Part shown: positions 1 through 12,299 of the stretch, one piece after another | Numbering within the stretch: position 1 is the stretch's first letter | Layout: the number at the start of each line of letters is the position of its first letter | Assembly (NCBI GenBank): GCA_951406725.2 | Contig: OX597820.1 | Location: 72,540,001 to 72,604,000 of the forward strand | DNA: 64,000 nucleotides | Direction: 5' to 3' | Origin: Octopus vulgaris | Lineage: Eukaryota | The notes under the pieces: generated by a model | What the model was told of the DNA's origin: nothing | Seen by the model: the letters and a program-made list of their open reading frames with translations, nothing else | Databases searched by the model: none | Made by a program: the position numbers and the translations under genes

Positions 1-19
1 AGCACATTTCATCCCTCAT

Positions 20-345
20 CATAATAATACTAATACTGCAACTACTACTACTACAATTAATAATAATAATAATAATAATAAAGATAATAATAATGATAAT
101 AATAATTATTATCATTGTTGTTGTCATTATTATTACTATTATTATTAACAATAATGCTGATGATGATGGTGATGATGATGGCAGTGGTGGTGGTGGCAGC
201 AGTAGAGGGTGATGATGACGTAGTGGTGGTGCTGCTGCTCCTGCTAGTACCACTGCTACTACTACTATAACTACTACTACTACTAATAATAATAATAATA
301 ATGATAATGATGATGACAATGATGACGACGACGATTATAATAATC

Positions 346-395
<50 letters not shown>

Positions 396-430
396 CATAA
401 CAACAACAATAATAATAAAGATAATAAGAT
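20..430. repeat. Compound trinucleotide microsatellite (AAT/GAT/GGT/ACT)
   Basis: Visible runs; these explain the low-complexity ORFs 57..518, 283..474 and 301..498. Confidence 0.95.
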
Positions 431-809
431 GGCAAGAGCAAATGAAAACAGAAATTAAAGAAAAAAAAAAACATAACACTACAATTAGAAGTGAGTAGCT
501 CTGACCATTTCTCTTCAAATGACTCTGTTAACCGAAATAGTTATATTGTTGCCAAGCTCTGCACTAAAGAATTTTACCCATTTAAATAATATTTTCCCCA
601 TTTACCATCACTGCAATCATCCTTAATGTCTTCTAGTACAAAGTCCATCTTTGAGTACAATGTCCATTGAATAACGTTTTTTAAAATTCTACTCTATATA
701 TAGTACATCATATTTAAGTTTATTGTGTTAGAATTTTATTTTCTAAATTATATACATATATATCATCATCATCACCCTCATCAGTGTTTAACATCTGCCT
801 TCCAGGCTG

Positions 810-958
810 GCAATATATATATATACATATGTGTGTGTGTATGTATGTATATATATATATACACATACACACACACATATATATATAACTATATCAATCT
901 ACATACATACACACATATATATTTAAATATGAATGAAAAGTACCCTGAAGGATATTTG

Positions 959-1009
<51 letters not shown>

Positions 1010-1545
1010 AGTATTTATGTGTATATATATATATATATCTATATATATATATCTATGTATGTATTTATGTGTATATATATATATATATATATCTATATCT
1101 ATATATATATATATATATGTATGTATTTATGTGTATATATATATATATATCTATATATATATATGTATGTATATATGTGTGTATATATATATATATATAT
1201 ACATAAATACATATATATATATATATATTTATATCAAATATCCCTCAGGCTACTTCTCATTCATATTTAATATTTATACACATTATTATTTACATATACG
1301 TATATGCATATCCATCTATGTGCGTGTATGTATATTTGTGTGTTTGTATATAATTATATGTATATATGTATGCATATATATATACATGTATGTATTTGTA
1401 TATATATATATTTGAGTGTGTATATATACATAATACATACATAAATACTTACATAATACAAACACGGACATACACACACACACACACATATATATATATA
1501 TTATAATGAGTGTATATATATGTGTGTGTGCGTGTGTGTGTGTAT
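810..1545. repeat. (TA)n/(CA)n/(TG)n compound microsatellite enclosing a ~47-bp inverted repeat pair (923-970 / 1224-1270)
   Basis: ATATGAATGAAAAGTACCCTGAAGGATATTTGATATAAAT versus ATTTATATCAAATATCCCTCAGGCTACTTCTCATTCATAT. Confidence 0.9.
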
Positions 1546-2059
1546 TATACTATTGTTCAAAACATATTTTTATGTGTTCTGGTTGGATACACTTGATGTC
1601 ATTTGATTATTCATTATGACAAAATGGCAGTTATGCGAAAAACAGGTTAAATGTTTCTCAAAGACTATCACTAATATTTGAAGAGATTAATGTTAGTCTG
1701 CATAAATAGGTCTCAGTCAGAATTTCCAACCAGAATATTTTAAATTGTTCAGTCAACCAGATTACCTAAGCTCATTGAATAAGTTTGTAAGCGGTTGAAT
1801 ATTCCACAGACATAAGTATGAGTACCTGTAATCAATGTGACACAATGTGACAATGCTCGACCTTTGATTGATACATTTAATCAATCTGATGAGATTGTAC
1901 TCAGTTTCAATCTTATTAATTTTATCCACAGGCCATGAATTGTCCTGAGGCAATAGAAACTGAAACATTCCTACTCAACTATGTATTCCTACCTGACTTT
2001 CTTTCCTCAAAGAATCCAGAAAAATGAATACCTTTTTGTGAAATTTTTTACAGTTATGC

Positions 2060-2840
2060 TCCAGATGATGCAGATTCCAATGATATAAGAATTTGCTGGG
2101 AAAATTTGTCTGTGGTTCGGCAGGGGAGTGTTGATACTTTACAAAAGTTGGCTTTGTTTCCTCACGACTTTCAGAAAAATGGGTATTTTTTTAATGAAAT
2201 TTTCAGAAAATACCTTTCAGAGTGTGTCGGCGACCTGGCAGAAATGTTAGCAGACTGGGCGAAATGCTTAGCGGTATTTCGTCCGTCTTTACATTCTGAG
2301 TTCAAATTCTGCTGAGGTCAACTTTGCCTTTCATCCTTTCGGGGTTGATAAAATTAAATACCAGTTACACACTGTCCTTGTCTGTCCTTGTTTGTCCCCT
2401 CTACGCTTAGTCCCTTGTGGGCAATAAAGAAATAAGATTATGATTATGTTGGAATTTGATACATAAAACAGTTGGTGGACTAGCACACTTACCAACACAC
2501 TACACTTTTCCTGAAATTTAAAGTTTCATTTTGTGATGTGTCAGTATGTATGTGTACAAGCCCTAAAAAATTATTTTCATATTAAATTCTAATATAATTG
2601 TAATATACACCATTTGGAAAATATTTCTAGAAAATTTCATTAAAAAAAATATCCATTTTGCAGAAAGTTATGAGGAAACAAAAACAACATGTGTGAATTT
2701 TCAGAAACTCCTCTCCCAACACTCTAAAAAACTGTTTTGCAACAAATTCCAATATAATTGGAATTTACACCATATGAAGCATATTTATAGAGAATTTCAT
2801 TAAAAAATATTTGTTTTCCTGGAAATTATGTGGAAATAAA
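2060..2840. mobile_element. Degenerate non-autonomous DNA-transposon-like element with internal direct and inverted subrepeats, interrupted by a SINE
   Basis: Block AAATTCYAATATAATTG..TACACCAT..GAAAATTTCATTAAAAAAATAT occurs at ~2583 and ~2744 and inverted at ~2155-2228. Confidence 0.45.
2229..2436 (+). mobile_element. SINE family A (tRNA-related head GGCGRSCTGGCAGAA..GAGTTCAAATTC; core GCCTTTCATCCTTTCGGGGTCGATAAA)
   Basis: A/B-box-like head; the core recurs more than 15 times in the window and resembles the conserved central domain of MetaSINE-type SINEs (from memory). Confidence 0.8.
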
Positions 2841-3043
2841 TTCGGTTTATGTATGCCAAGAATGAAATTCACCAATGATGCTAAGCAATGGGATTGAACT
2901 TGAAACAAATATACCACTTTTGTTTATTAACCACCCTTTAATTCAAGGGTATTCCCTGGTTCATCTTTAACACCTCCAGCCTTCTCTTCCATGTGGGGTA
3001 ACCATAAATCTCCCCTACAACAAAACATCTATTCCTGTCCCTA

Positions 3044-3354
3044 TGTGAAGCAGCATGGCTCAGTGGTTAGAGTATCGGGATCACAATCATGAGGCAGTGA
3101 GTTCGATTTCCAGATTGGGCTGTATGATGTGTTCTTGAGCAAGACACTTTATTTCACGTTGCTCCAGTTCACTCAGCTGTAGAAATGAGTTGCGACATCA
3201 TTGGTGCCAAGCTGTATCGACCTTTGCCTTTCCCTTGGATAACATCAGTGGTTGAGGATAGCGGAGGCGACTGCTGGTCTTCCACCTGGGAAGGGAACTT
3301 TCTAGGTGCAATCCCATGGTCATCCATGACCAAAGGGGGGGGGGGTCTTTACCC
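3044..3354 (+). mobile_element. SINE family C (tRNA-derived head GCATGGCTCAGTGGTTAGAG..GAGTTCGATT)
   Basis: A box TGGCTCAGTGG and B box GAGTTCGATT; homologous to 43836-44178. Confidence 0.85.
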
Positions 3355-3474
3355 ATTATCATGCTTTAACTTCTCATTACCTGACATAAAGCCAACTCCC
3401 ACAAAGCTAATTCCCTCTTTGGTTGAGCGATATCTATTGCCTTGTGAGTTAAGTGATAATCTCACTGCTGCAGC

Positions 3475-3748
3475 TGGTACCATGTAAAAAGAAATAACAC
3501 CCAGTACAATCTGTAAAGTGGCTGGAGTTAGGAAGGGCATCCAGCTGTAGAAACCATGTCAGACACTAAAGCTTGATGCAGTTCTTCAGCTCGTTACTCC
3601 AGTTGAACTAGTGAATCCATGCCAGCAAGGTAGATAGTCATTAAACAGTGATAATGAAGGTGATGACGATGATGATGATGACAGTGAAGATGATGATGAT
3701 GATGATGATGCTCATGATGATGGTGATGATGATGATGATGATGATGAG
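3475..3748 (+). mobile_element. SINE-like family D 3' part (AGGAAGGGCATCCAGCTGTAGAAAC) with (GAT)n tail
   Basis: Motif shared with copies at 14.7, 20.0, 45.1, 47.1, 48.4 and 62.7 kb. Confidence 0.7.
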
Positions 3749-4196
3749 CAGCCATATCAAACTTACATGTTTGAAGAGATTAATGGTAGTTTGCATAAGC
3801 AAGAGTTAATTCAGTGATCTTGTTTAATGAACCAAAGGATGAAATATTTAAGGCTTTAATGACTCTGTTTTAACTAAAATGGTTATATTGTTGCCAAGAT
3901 CTCAACTAAAGAATTTTACCCCATTGAATGAATAACATTTTCTCTATTTACCGTCACTGCTTCTATCCTTAATGTTCACTTGTTCAAAGTCCGTCTTTCA
4001 ATACAATGAATGATTCTGTACAAATTGTGAAATATTTCTTCTCACAACATGGTAACAAGCTTCACTTTTTGCTTTTTAATGAATATAATTCTGCCTTTGT
4101 TTACAAATGAATTTTAATTGCTTGTTTTATACATATGATGCCATACAATGTGTCCCAGCAACCTAAATAATAATAATAATAACAATAACAATGATA

Positions 4197-4229
<33 letters not shown>

Positions 4230-4293
4230 GTGATGGTGGTGGTGGTGGTGGTGGTGGTGGTGATGGTGGTGGTGATGGTGGTGGTTGTGATAA

Positions 4294-4852
4294 ATACCCT
4301 GATGCAATACCAGGCTGTGGTTCTCATGGCTTCTGATCTTAAGTGATTGGAAGTGTTATCATGTACATTGTTTTGTTTTGGTGTAAAAGATGGGCTACAG
4401 CAAATATTCTGCTCAATAAGACAGATTTGCTTGTTATTTGCTTGACCATAACCAGTTGAGCATGTCTCTTAGTAGCTGACAATATGTGCATCTCTAATCA
4501 CGAGCAGAAGTAGTGGGGAGCATCATAGCCATGTGTTGAAAGGAATTCTTAGAGGTTTGGCTAATTCACCTTTGGAAACAAGGGTGGTTCGTTCAACATC
4601 CTAAAACAAATCCTATTCAGGGAGCTTTTGAGTGGGATGGGCTACTCAACTTGAAAACAATTCTAACTGGGTCCCACCTGCAAGGTCATGCATTGTTTAT
4701 CTTGATATGAGATCATCATGTCGCGCACATATGGTTGTGATGCATGTACCTGGCGTGCCCTTATCAGACGGGTAGTCATGATGGGTATATTGGGCTTCGT
4801 ATATTTGTACCTCAGCGTCACTTCGATGGCATGCACTACTCTCTCACTCAAT
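4294..4852 (+). mobile_element. ~560-bp interspersed repeat associated with (AAT/GAT)n tracts; probable non-autonomous non-LTR element
   Basis: A second copy lies in the opposite orientation at 36310-36736 inside an (AAT)n tract; ends in CTCTCTCACTCAAT. TAA targeting recalls Dong/R4 (inference). Confidence 0.7.
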
Positions 4853-4939
4853 GGCACTCTTCTTTTAATTTTGACTCTATATCTTCTGGAGGAGTTACTT
4901 CAATCCTTTGTATATGTCTACAATCCTTTGTTCTTTGTA

Positions 4940-4940
<1 letters not shown>

Positions 4941-4970
<30 letters not shown>

Positions 4971-5057
4971 AAGAAGAAGAAGAAGAAGAAGAAGAAGAAG
5001 AACGAAGAAGAAGAAGTAGAAGAAGAAGAAGAAGAACAACAACAACAACAACAACAA
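4941..5057. repeat. (GAA)n/(CAA)n microsatellite
   Basis: Direct observation. Confidence 0.95.
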
Positions 5058-5059
5058 CT

Positions 5060-5472
5060 CCTCTTTCTATTGTAGGAACAAGGCCTGAAGTTTTGGTGAT
5101 GGGGGCTAGTTGATTTCATTGACTCCAGTGCACAACTGGTACTTATTTCATCGACTCTGGAAGGATGAAAAGCCAAGCCAACTCTGGCAGAATTTAAATT
5201 CAGAATGTAAAGACAGGAAATTCTGCAAACCACTTTAACTAGCATGCTAAAGGTTTTGCCTACTTGTCACCTAAATAATAATAATGATGATGATGATGGT
5301 GGTGGTGGTGGTGGTGATGATGATGATGATGATGATCCTTTCTTCTATTAACACAAAGCCTGAAATTTTGGAGAGGAGGCTAGTCAATTACATTGACCCC
5401 AGTGTTTCACTAGTTCTCAATTTATTGACCCCAAAAGGATGAAAGGCGAAGTCAACTTCGGTGGAATTTGAA
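5060..5472 (-). mobile_element. Two SINE family A copies separated by a (GAT/GGT)n tract
   Basis: AAGGATGAAARGCRAAGTCAAC..GGAATTTRAA (reverse complement of the family A core) occurs twice. Confidence 0.75.
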
Positions 5473-6557
5473 CTAATAATAATATTATATGTAACCAAGA
5501 ATATCAATTAACTTTACCAGGAATGATGAGTTTTATAAAATTAGGAAGTACAATGGTAACTTATTTGATTAACAAGACCATAGAAAAATATTAAATATTC
5601 AATGAATTATTTAGACTTCAACCTTCAAATTGTTCATTTAATTAAATGGAACACCTCAGAAAAAAAAATTAATCATGACTTAGAAAACAGTTTTTCATTT
5701 TTCAAGAACTTGTATTGTACCTTGACATAGACTATTAATTATCTTCAGAAAGAACTGTATTTGCAATATCTAATAGATTGTGACCTGGTCTTTTGGACTA
5801 TGAATATTGAGCTATATTTTATTTAGAGCAATTCAATGTCTACATGTCCAGTCACCAACCATTTTCAAAGAATAATTTATAGTATTAGACAAACTACAGA
5901 CTTTCATTCAGATTTATTAACTGCCTGGATATCCATTAACAAATCAGATGGTACAGCAGACAGTTAAATCATTCCCATGGGCATTTGAGCAGTCTTTAAA
6001 TAATTTTATATTTAGATAGATAAATATTTTATTTGACTATCAAATATATTACATTTGTAATTATATATTTTACAGTAATGGAGAGTTTAATATAATTTAG
6101 TTGTGTATATGTCCATTTGATGAAATAAAAGAGCGAAATAGCAAAATGAATAAGTTATTGGATTGCTTTTTCATATGTCATGGAAAATAACACATGAAAA
6201 ATTAAGTCTATCAGAAGCTAACAGACTCATAAGGTCAGAGCTTTTGCTGGTTTCTGTGGCTTAAAAGCAGCAAAGAAAATGTTGCTTGTGTTGAGGGTCA
6301 CCAATGTCACTTACTCTTTGGCAGTGCCGCAGCTGAGTTGCAATCATAGTTGCTCATGTTCAGGATGTTAGTCGGTTGCCTCTTGTCAGCAGGTCTGTGG
6401 TGATGACTGGTTGAGCTGATGAATGAAAATGTCTTTTTAGGACTATATGAAGGGGTAACTGACAACACCCATGAACATTTAACAGAAGGTTTTTATTATG
6501 CACAAAGGGTTTAACTGTGTTGGGCTTTTACAAATGACGACAGCAATAATTACATAC

Positions 6558-6872
6558 GGGGATTGGCACTCTATTGGTTATGACCACTAGGGTTCCAGTT
6601 GATCCGATCAATGGAACAGCTTACTCGTGAAATTAGCATGCAAGTAACTGAGCACTCCACAGACCTGTGTATCCTTAATGTAGTTGTCAGGGCGATTCAG
6701 CATGACACAGATTGTGACAAGGCTGGCCCTTTTGTATTACAGGTACTTTTCAATTTTGCCGGCTGAGTGGACTCAGGCAACAAGAAATATAAGGCGGCGA
6801 GCTAGCAGAATCGTTAGCACGGCAGGCAAAATGCTTGGCAGTATTTTATCTGCCGCTACGTTCTGAGTTCAA
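6558..6872. mobile_element. SINE fragments: family C-related tail (minus) followed by a family A head (plus, 6793-6872)
   Basis: TGTGACAAGGCTGGCCCTTT..ACAGGTAC is shared with 9215-9790 and 53180-53330; GGCGGCGAGCTAGCAGAATCGTTAGCAC head. Confidence 0.7.
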
Positions 6873-7195
6873 ATAAAAGGTGATGTTTATGTGCCACCAG
6901 CATGGATGCCAGTTATTTGACATCAGTATCGCTCTTAACAACGATTCCACTTGGTCTCGGTCACTAGTCATTGCCTCTGTGAAGGACATGCTTCACCAAC
7001 TTGTCCCATGTCTTCCTGGGTCTACCTCTTCCACCATCTCTCCACAGTTATAAATCAGCATGTCTTCACACAGCCGTCCTCATCCATATGCATCACATGA
7101 CCATACCAACACAGTTGTCTCTCTTGCACACCACATCTGATGCCTCTTATGTCCAACTTTTCTCTCAAGGTGCTTACACACACACAAGCATACAC

Positions 7196-7234
<39 letters not shown>

Positions 7235-7302
7235 AACACGTAAATAAATATAATGAGTGCATTGAATTACAAAAATAATATTTCAAGGATTAGATAAAAA
7301 GA

Positions 7303-7600
7303 ACACAACAAACAGAAAGTGTGACAAAACCATAGTGCACAGAAAATTCACAGCTGATTCCTCATCAGTCAATGTCCAAGAGATCATAATGGTTTGGTGC
7401 TTTTAACATTGATACCATTCTTTCTTATATGTTCTTCATTATCCATTCCTGGTAGCTTTTTGCTCTGGTGCTGCCAAGACAGAATGATATCAATGTTAAA
7501 AGCACAAAACCATTATGATCTTTTGGACACTGACTGATGAGGAATCAGCTGCGGATTTTCCATGTACTATTATTTTGTCAACTTTTCTGTTTGTTATGTT
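7303..7600. repeat. ~118-bp inverted repeat (7303-7420 / 7481-7600) with ~60-nt spacer
   Basis: CAGCTGATTCCTCATCAGTCAATGTCCAAGAGATCATAATGGTTTGGTGCTTTTAACATTGATA versus TATCAATGTTAAAAGCACAAAACCATTATGATCTTTTGGACACTGACTGATGAGGAATCAGCTG. Confidence 0.9.
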
Positions 7601-7791
7601 TTTGTTAAATTTTTCATTTCTGTTGTTCTTTATATATATATATATATACAAAGTAGTAAATATATGGCACAACTAAGTACCGATATTTACTGGAAATAGC
7701 GAACGTAATAATACGACGCTAATGTATAGCTTCACCGCGTATGTATTAGCAAAAATGCGTGTGTGCAACAAACTAGAAAGAATTGTCTTAC

Positions 7792-7929
7792 CTCCAGGGA
7801 GAACATCTGAAAGATGAAATACCTGGAAAAGGATAATGTGGGACCTGCAGGTTTCAGATTTTACAAGATATGTCTGCCACCCATAATCTTGTTCTATCTT
7901 CATCAGCCAAGCATATACCATGACAAAAT
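7792..7929 (-). CDS. Candidate 138-nt symmetric phase-1 coding exon of an unidentified host gene (DFVMVYAWLMKIEQDYGWQTYLVKSETCRSHIILFQVFHLSDVLPG)
   Basis: Minus strand has acceptor (CT)n-CCGTAG|ATTTTG and donor GGAG|GTAAGA; length is divisible by 3; only one frame is open; unique sequence; no protein family recognised. Confidence 0.45.
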
Positions 7930-7930
7930 C

Positions 7931-7968
<38 letters not shown>

Positions 7969-8300
7969 AGAGAGGGAGGGAGGGAGAGAGAGAAGGTGGG
8001 AGAAGCAGACAGACTGATTTTATTCAGTGCTTAATTTACTAATTACTGCTCAGTGTTTCACATTCTCAATCATCAGGAGAATGGTTACAGGTTTATTTGA
8101 ATGCCATTTATTTATTACTTACTCCAGGATAAATCTAGCAAATTTTATTTACAGGACATTTGTCAATTTGATGCTGTGGCTGAAGATACTTGTGTCATTT
8201 CCAAACAGTGGGATTGAAACAGGAATCACATGTTCCAGAAGCAAACTTCTTAACTACACACTCACAACCATGCTTATTCTCATGTTTAAACAGTGCACCA

Positions 8301-8915
8301 TTAACCCTCTCAGACCTGTGTCTATCTTTACCCTCCACCTGGGTTCCTGAGTAAAAAAATAAATGGTTGCATATACAGTCAAGAGTAACGATTGCAGGCA
8401 AACTAATGAACAGAATCACAAACAAATTCTGGAGGATAACTGTAATAGGCCTATCTTTCAACTACCATATTTGTTCACCCGAATCGCTACTTTCCTCATC
8501 TCTTTCACCACTTTGATTCTCCAAATCACTCTCATTGCCAGCATAAGTGTAAAATCTGTGTCTAAAGAATAAACATCATTAATAATTTCCTCAACTGTCA
8601 AAAGTCTAAGCCTTGCATCTTTTACAAGACAAAGTGCTAGATTTGTCACGCACTTGTTTCACTGCAAAATTAGATTTGCTTTTCAATTAAAAACAAAAGT
8701 AAATAACAGTTATGAGAGACACCATTGACAATTAGTCATAAACATACTTGACTACAGAGCTACTATGTGATGAGTTGTTCTAGTTTAGTATTTTATCTTC
8801 TGTATCTACATATGTTGTTTATTACCTCTTTACTAGGGATCCAGCAGAGATGATGTTTAAACAGAGATGATGTATAAATTCTTGCTATATCAGAAACTTG
8901 GCACGACAGGGTTGA
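8301..8915 (-). mobile_element. Possible decayed piggyBac-like relic
   Basis: TTAACCCT at 8301 and AGGGTTGA at ~8908; frameshifted acidic N-terminus-like peptide (LTVEEIIND..SESDLENQSGERDEESSDS). Confidence 0.2.
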
Positions 8916-9029
8916 CTACAAAAACTATTATGACTATCACTACGGTTGGACCACTTTGCTATATTTGAGAATAAGGTTTAAATGGTTTATGAAACCTTGA
9001 TGTCAGGAGTGATTGCATTTAGTGTTTTA

Positions 9030-10030
9030 CTGTTTGTTTAAGAGACTAAGAGTTTAAGAAGCTCACTTCACAACTATGTAAGTTTAGATTTAGTTTCACT
9101 GTGTGGTATTTATGCAAGTGTTTTCTGCTTTGGTCCCTAGCCAACTAACCAATGTCTTGTGAATAAATTTGGTCTATAGAAACAGTGAGGAAGCCTATTG
9201 TTTATAAAAAGGAACTGATGCTCCATCGGTTATAACAATGAGGGTTCCGGTTGATCTAATCAATGGAACAGACCGCGCATGAAATTAATGTTCAAGTGAT
9301 TGAGCATTGCACAGATATGTATGCCCTTAATGTAGTTCTTAGGGAGATTCAGTGTGACAGAAGCTGTGACAAGGCTGGCCCTTTGAAATACAGGTACTAC
9401 TCATTTTTGCCAGCCACATGGATTGGAGCAATGTGAGAGAAAGTGACTTGCTCAAGGACATAATATGTTACTGGGGAATTGAACTCACAATGTTATGACT
9501 GTAAGTTGACTACCCTAAGTGGTGAGCCTCCATTTTTTCATGCAAAGTGGTTGAGCATTCTATAGACACCTGTACCTTTAACACTGTTCTCAGGGAGATT
9601 CAGTATGACACAGAATGTGACAAGGCCGGCCCTTTGAAATACAGATACTACTCATTTTTGCCAGCTGACTGGACTGGAGCAACATGAAATAAAGTGTCTT
9701 GCTCAAGAACACAACACATCACCAGGAATAGAAAACATAACGTTACAATCACAAGCTGAATACCTTCATCATTTAGACACATACCTTCACTATTCTTTAT
9801 GTGTGTGTGTGCGTGCATATCTTTGTGCTTGTGTTTGGCCAGCCCCACCACTTGACAACTGATGTTGGTTTGTTTACATTCTGTGTCTTAGTAGTTTGGT
9901 AAAAGAGAATGATAAAATAAGTATCAGATTTTAATAAAAAAAGTAAGTATTGGGATCAATTTGTTTCATTAAACCCTTCAAGGCAGCACCTCAGCATGGC
10001 CACAATCCAATGACTGAGACAGCTAAAGGA
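9030..10030. mobile_element. Cluster of degenerate SINE fragments (families B and C)
   Basis: GTGACAAGGCTGGCCCTTTGAAATACAG twice; TTGCTCAAGAACACAAC; CAGCATGGCCACAATCCAATGACTGA. Confidence 0.7.
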
Positions 10031-10230
10031 ATACCAAGACATTTGGATTCTATAGTATGGAATATGCCTCGAAGTTCTCTGTATTAAGAATGGTACGACA
10101 ATGATTAGCTCAAATTCCCCTAATTGCAAATAAATTCCAATAATTCAATACCCAAAATAATAATTTTTGGGAATAAATATATATATATATATAAATGGAG
10201 TTAAACGCAGGTATTATTCAAATTCTTTTA

Positions 10231-10318
10231 CTTCCGATACATGTTTCAAAGATATCACTGGTATTATTCCAATGGAATAAAATGGTGGAAAACAATGTAA
10301 TCTTCTCTTCAGGTAAGT
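10231..10318 (-). ncRNA. Degenerate type I hammerhead-like motif (Penelope-type)
   Basis: Reverse complement reads CTGAAGAG-AAGAT..ATCTT-TGAAAC-AT-GTA; helix I is poor. Confidence 0.4.
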
Positions 10319-10776
10319 GAAGAAATGAAACTCGTCAATAAGACATTTTAAAAGAAAATGATGGATATGTATAGTGATTAACTGAACGCTATTAAGATTG
10401 TTTAAAAAAAACGTTATAGGATATAACGACAAAGGTAGCCTATAGAAAGAGGAGGGATAAAGGAAAGAAAAACTAAATAAAACCATATAGACTTGGAAAA
10501 AGATATATCTAATAAATGTGAAATGTAAGAAGAAAATTAATGCTTAAATTATATATAATGATAGATATTACTTACATGAGCTAAAGGTGTGTTTCTGTCA
10601 ATGTTTACATAAGTATGCACACTCTATAACCGTGTTTACAAGGGGATTTAAAAAAAAAAGAATAAAAAGTAGTTCCGAATTACAGAGAAGAGAAAATTTC
10701 TTGCCTTGGTCATAAGGTATCGAGATTGAAAGAATCAACCAATCTAAATTAAATTGTTTATTGTGATCCCAAATCA

Positions 10777-10807
<31 letters not shown>

Positions 10808-10811
10808 AAGA

Positions 10812-11743
10812 GTAAAACGTAAAAGAGTCAAAAGCAAGAGTAAGTACGGTTAGGCAGCTTTTTAATTGCTACAAATGTTTTGATACATACAAATCCTTAT
10901 ATATTGCAACTCATATTGAACATGATAACACACTCATACTGAGTGAATTGAAACCATCAACATTTGTTAGATTCAAAGAAGAAGCCAATATGTAGTCTTC
11001 TATCTCAAGGGAGGGGCCGTAGAGAACTTTGTGGATAGTTGTGAAGGTTGGGAACAGGTGGTCCCGACATGCATGGACAGTCCAAACTGGCCTCCACAGG
11101 TGGCTGCGGAGGTCATGAATGAGAGTAATTTTTATAAAATAATTGATTACTTTTCTAAGGAAGAGTATAACTATCTTTTCTGGGTTCCTGACTTGCTGCT
11201 GCGGGATTGCCTGAAGGCAGCAAGAGATTTAATCGGGGATGATTGATAAGAGGCTTAGCACCTCAATTTAATGTTTCTTTTTTTATTATGAAATATAATG
11301 TTATTGTAAGAAGTTTATTACCTCATTTGTGTTTTTTTGTTTTTCAAAAAAAGATTTTAAAAAGATGTTTTAGAGAAGGGAAGATCAGCGGGCGTCTTTG
11401 TCTTCTCCCATTAATATCATCCTTTTCATCACTCATCTCATTAATGTCTGTGTCCAGCCTGCAAGCTTCTCCCTCTATGTAATGCCTTTACAGCAAAATT
11501 TTGAAATAAAGAAGCCATGGATGTTGTAGCATGGAAATCTAAATTTTGCTTACGGAGACAGCAACTGAGTATCACCTGAGGAGATGCATATAGATCTTCT
11601 TATACAGGTAAATTGTTAAATAGTTCAATTTAAACTCAACTTTAAATCCTGTATATACAAGGATCTGTATGTATCGAAACATTTGTAGCGATTAAAAAGC
11701 TGCCTAACTGTACTTACACTTCCTTTTGACTCTTTTACTTTCA
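10812..11743 (+). mobile_element. Penelope-like relic with an inverted terminal segment (10812-10902 / 11652-11743)
   Basis: ~90-bp inverted repeat overlapping a hammerhead; adjacent to TA/GA microsatellite. Confidence 0.6.
11571..11692 (+). ncRNA. Type I hammerhead ribozyme, near-intact, with long helix II
   Basis: Helix I ATCAC/GCGAT; CUGAGGA at 11576-82; helix II GATGCATATAGATCTT..TATACAGG / CCTGTATA..AAGGATCTGTATGTATC; GAAA at 11676-79; helix III ACA-TT-TGT; GUA cleavage triplet ending at 11687. Confidence 0.7.
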
Positions 11744-12299
11744 CACACGAGAAATACCTAAGACTAGATCTGGTAGCATACCATAAGAATACTACCAGCT
11801 ATTTAGGAATTCTAAGGATGAACGAGCACTATTTGTACACTTATACGTTCCTAACAGAATACACCTCAACTATATATATATGAATATCATCTTATAAAAA
11901 CATATGGTATTATTGATAAATGTAAAATCTCTTCATTCTACAGAATCAGATTTATTAAACAAAGTCAATAAAGGATGAATTGCTTGATTAAATCAAATAT
12001 CACAAGTATCATATTTCTAAGACAGAAATAGCACCACTTCCTGATATTTAAGGAAAAGGTTATTCAACAGAGAAACATGAAATATAAGTCATTAGATCTG
12101 ACCTTCATATTGTACAATCAGTGTTGAAAGATAAACATTTTAATAAGAAGATCTGGACAGTTTAAAAAATGAAAAATTTTCCAAGATAAAAATCTCTAAA
12201 GTAAAACATTTAAATGTACAGCAGCTAAAAGTAATAGATTTCACCCTAGATAATTCTCAGGTGCTCATATCACATGATCTCTGAATATCTTCATATCGG

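Noticed and set aside
57-1415. Long Ile/Tyr/His-rich ORFs (also 12671-13329, 28971-29743, 51410-51834)
   Set aside because: They are translations of microsatellites, open in several frames at once
1762-1968. Possible minus-strand exon following 7792-7929
   Set aside because: The acceptor near 1946 gives a stop in the required phase 1, and no motif is recognisable
7530-7560. Hammerhead at CTGATGAG
   Set aside because: No downstream helix II plus GAAA
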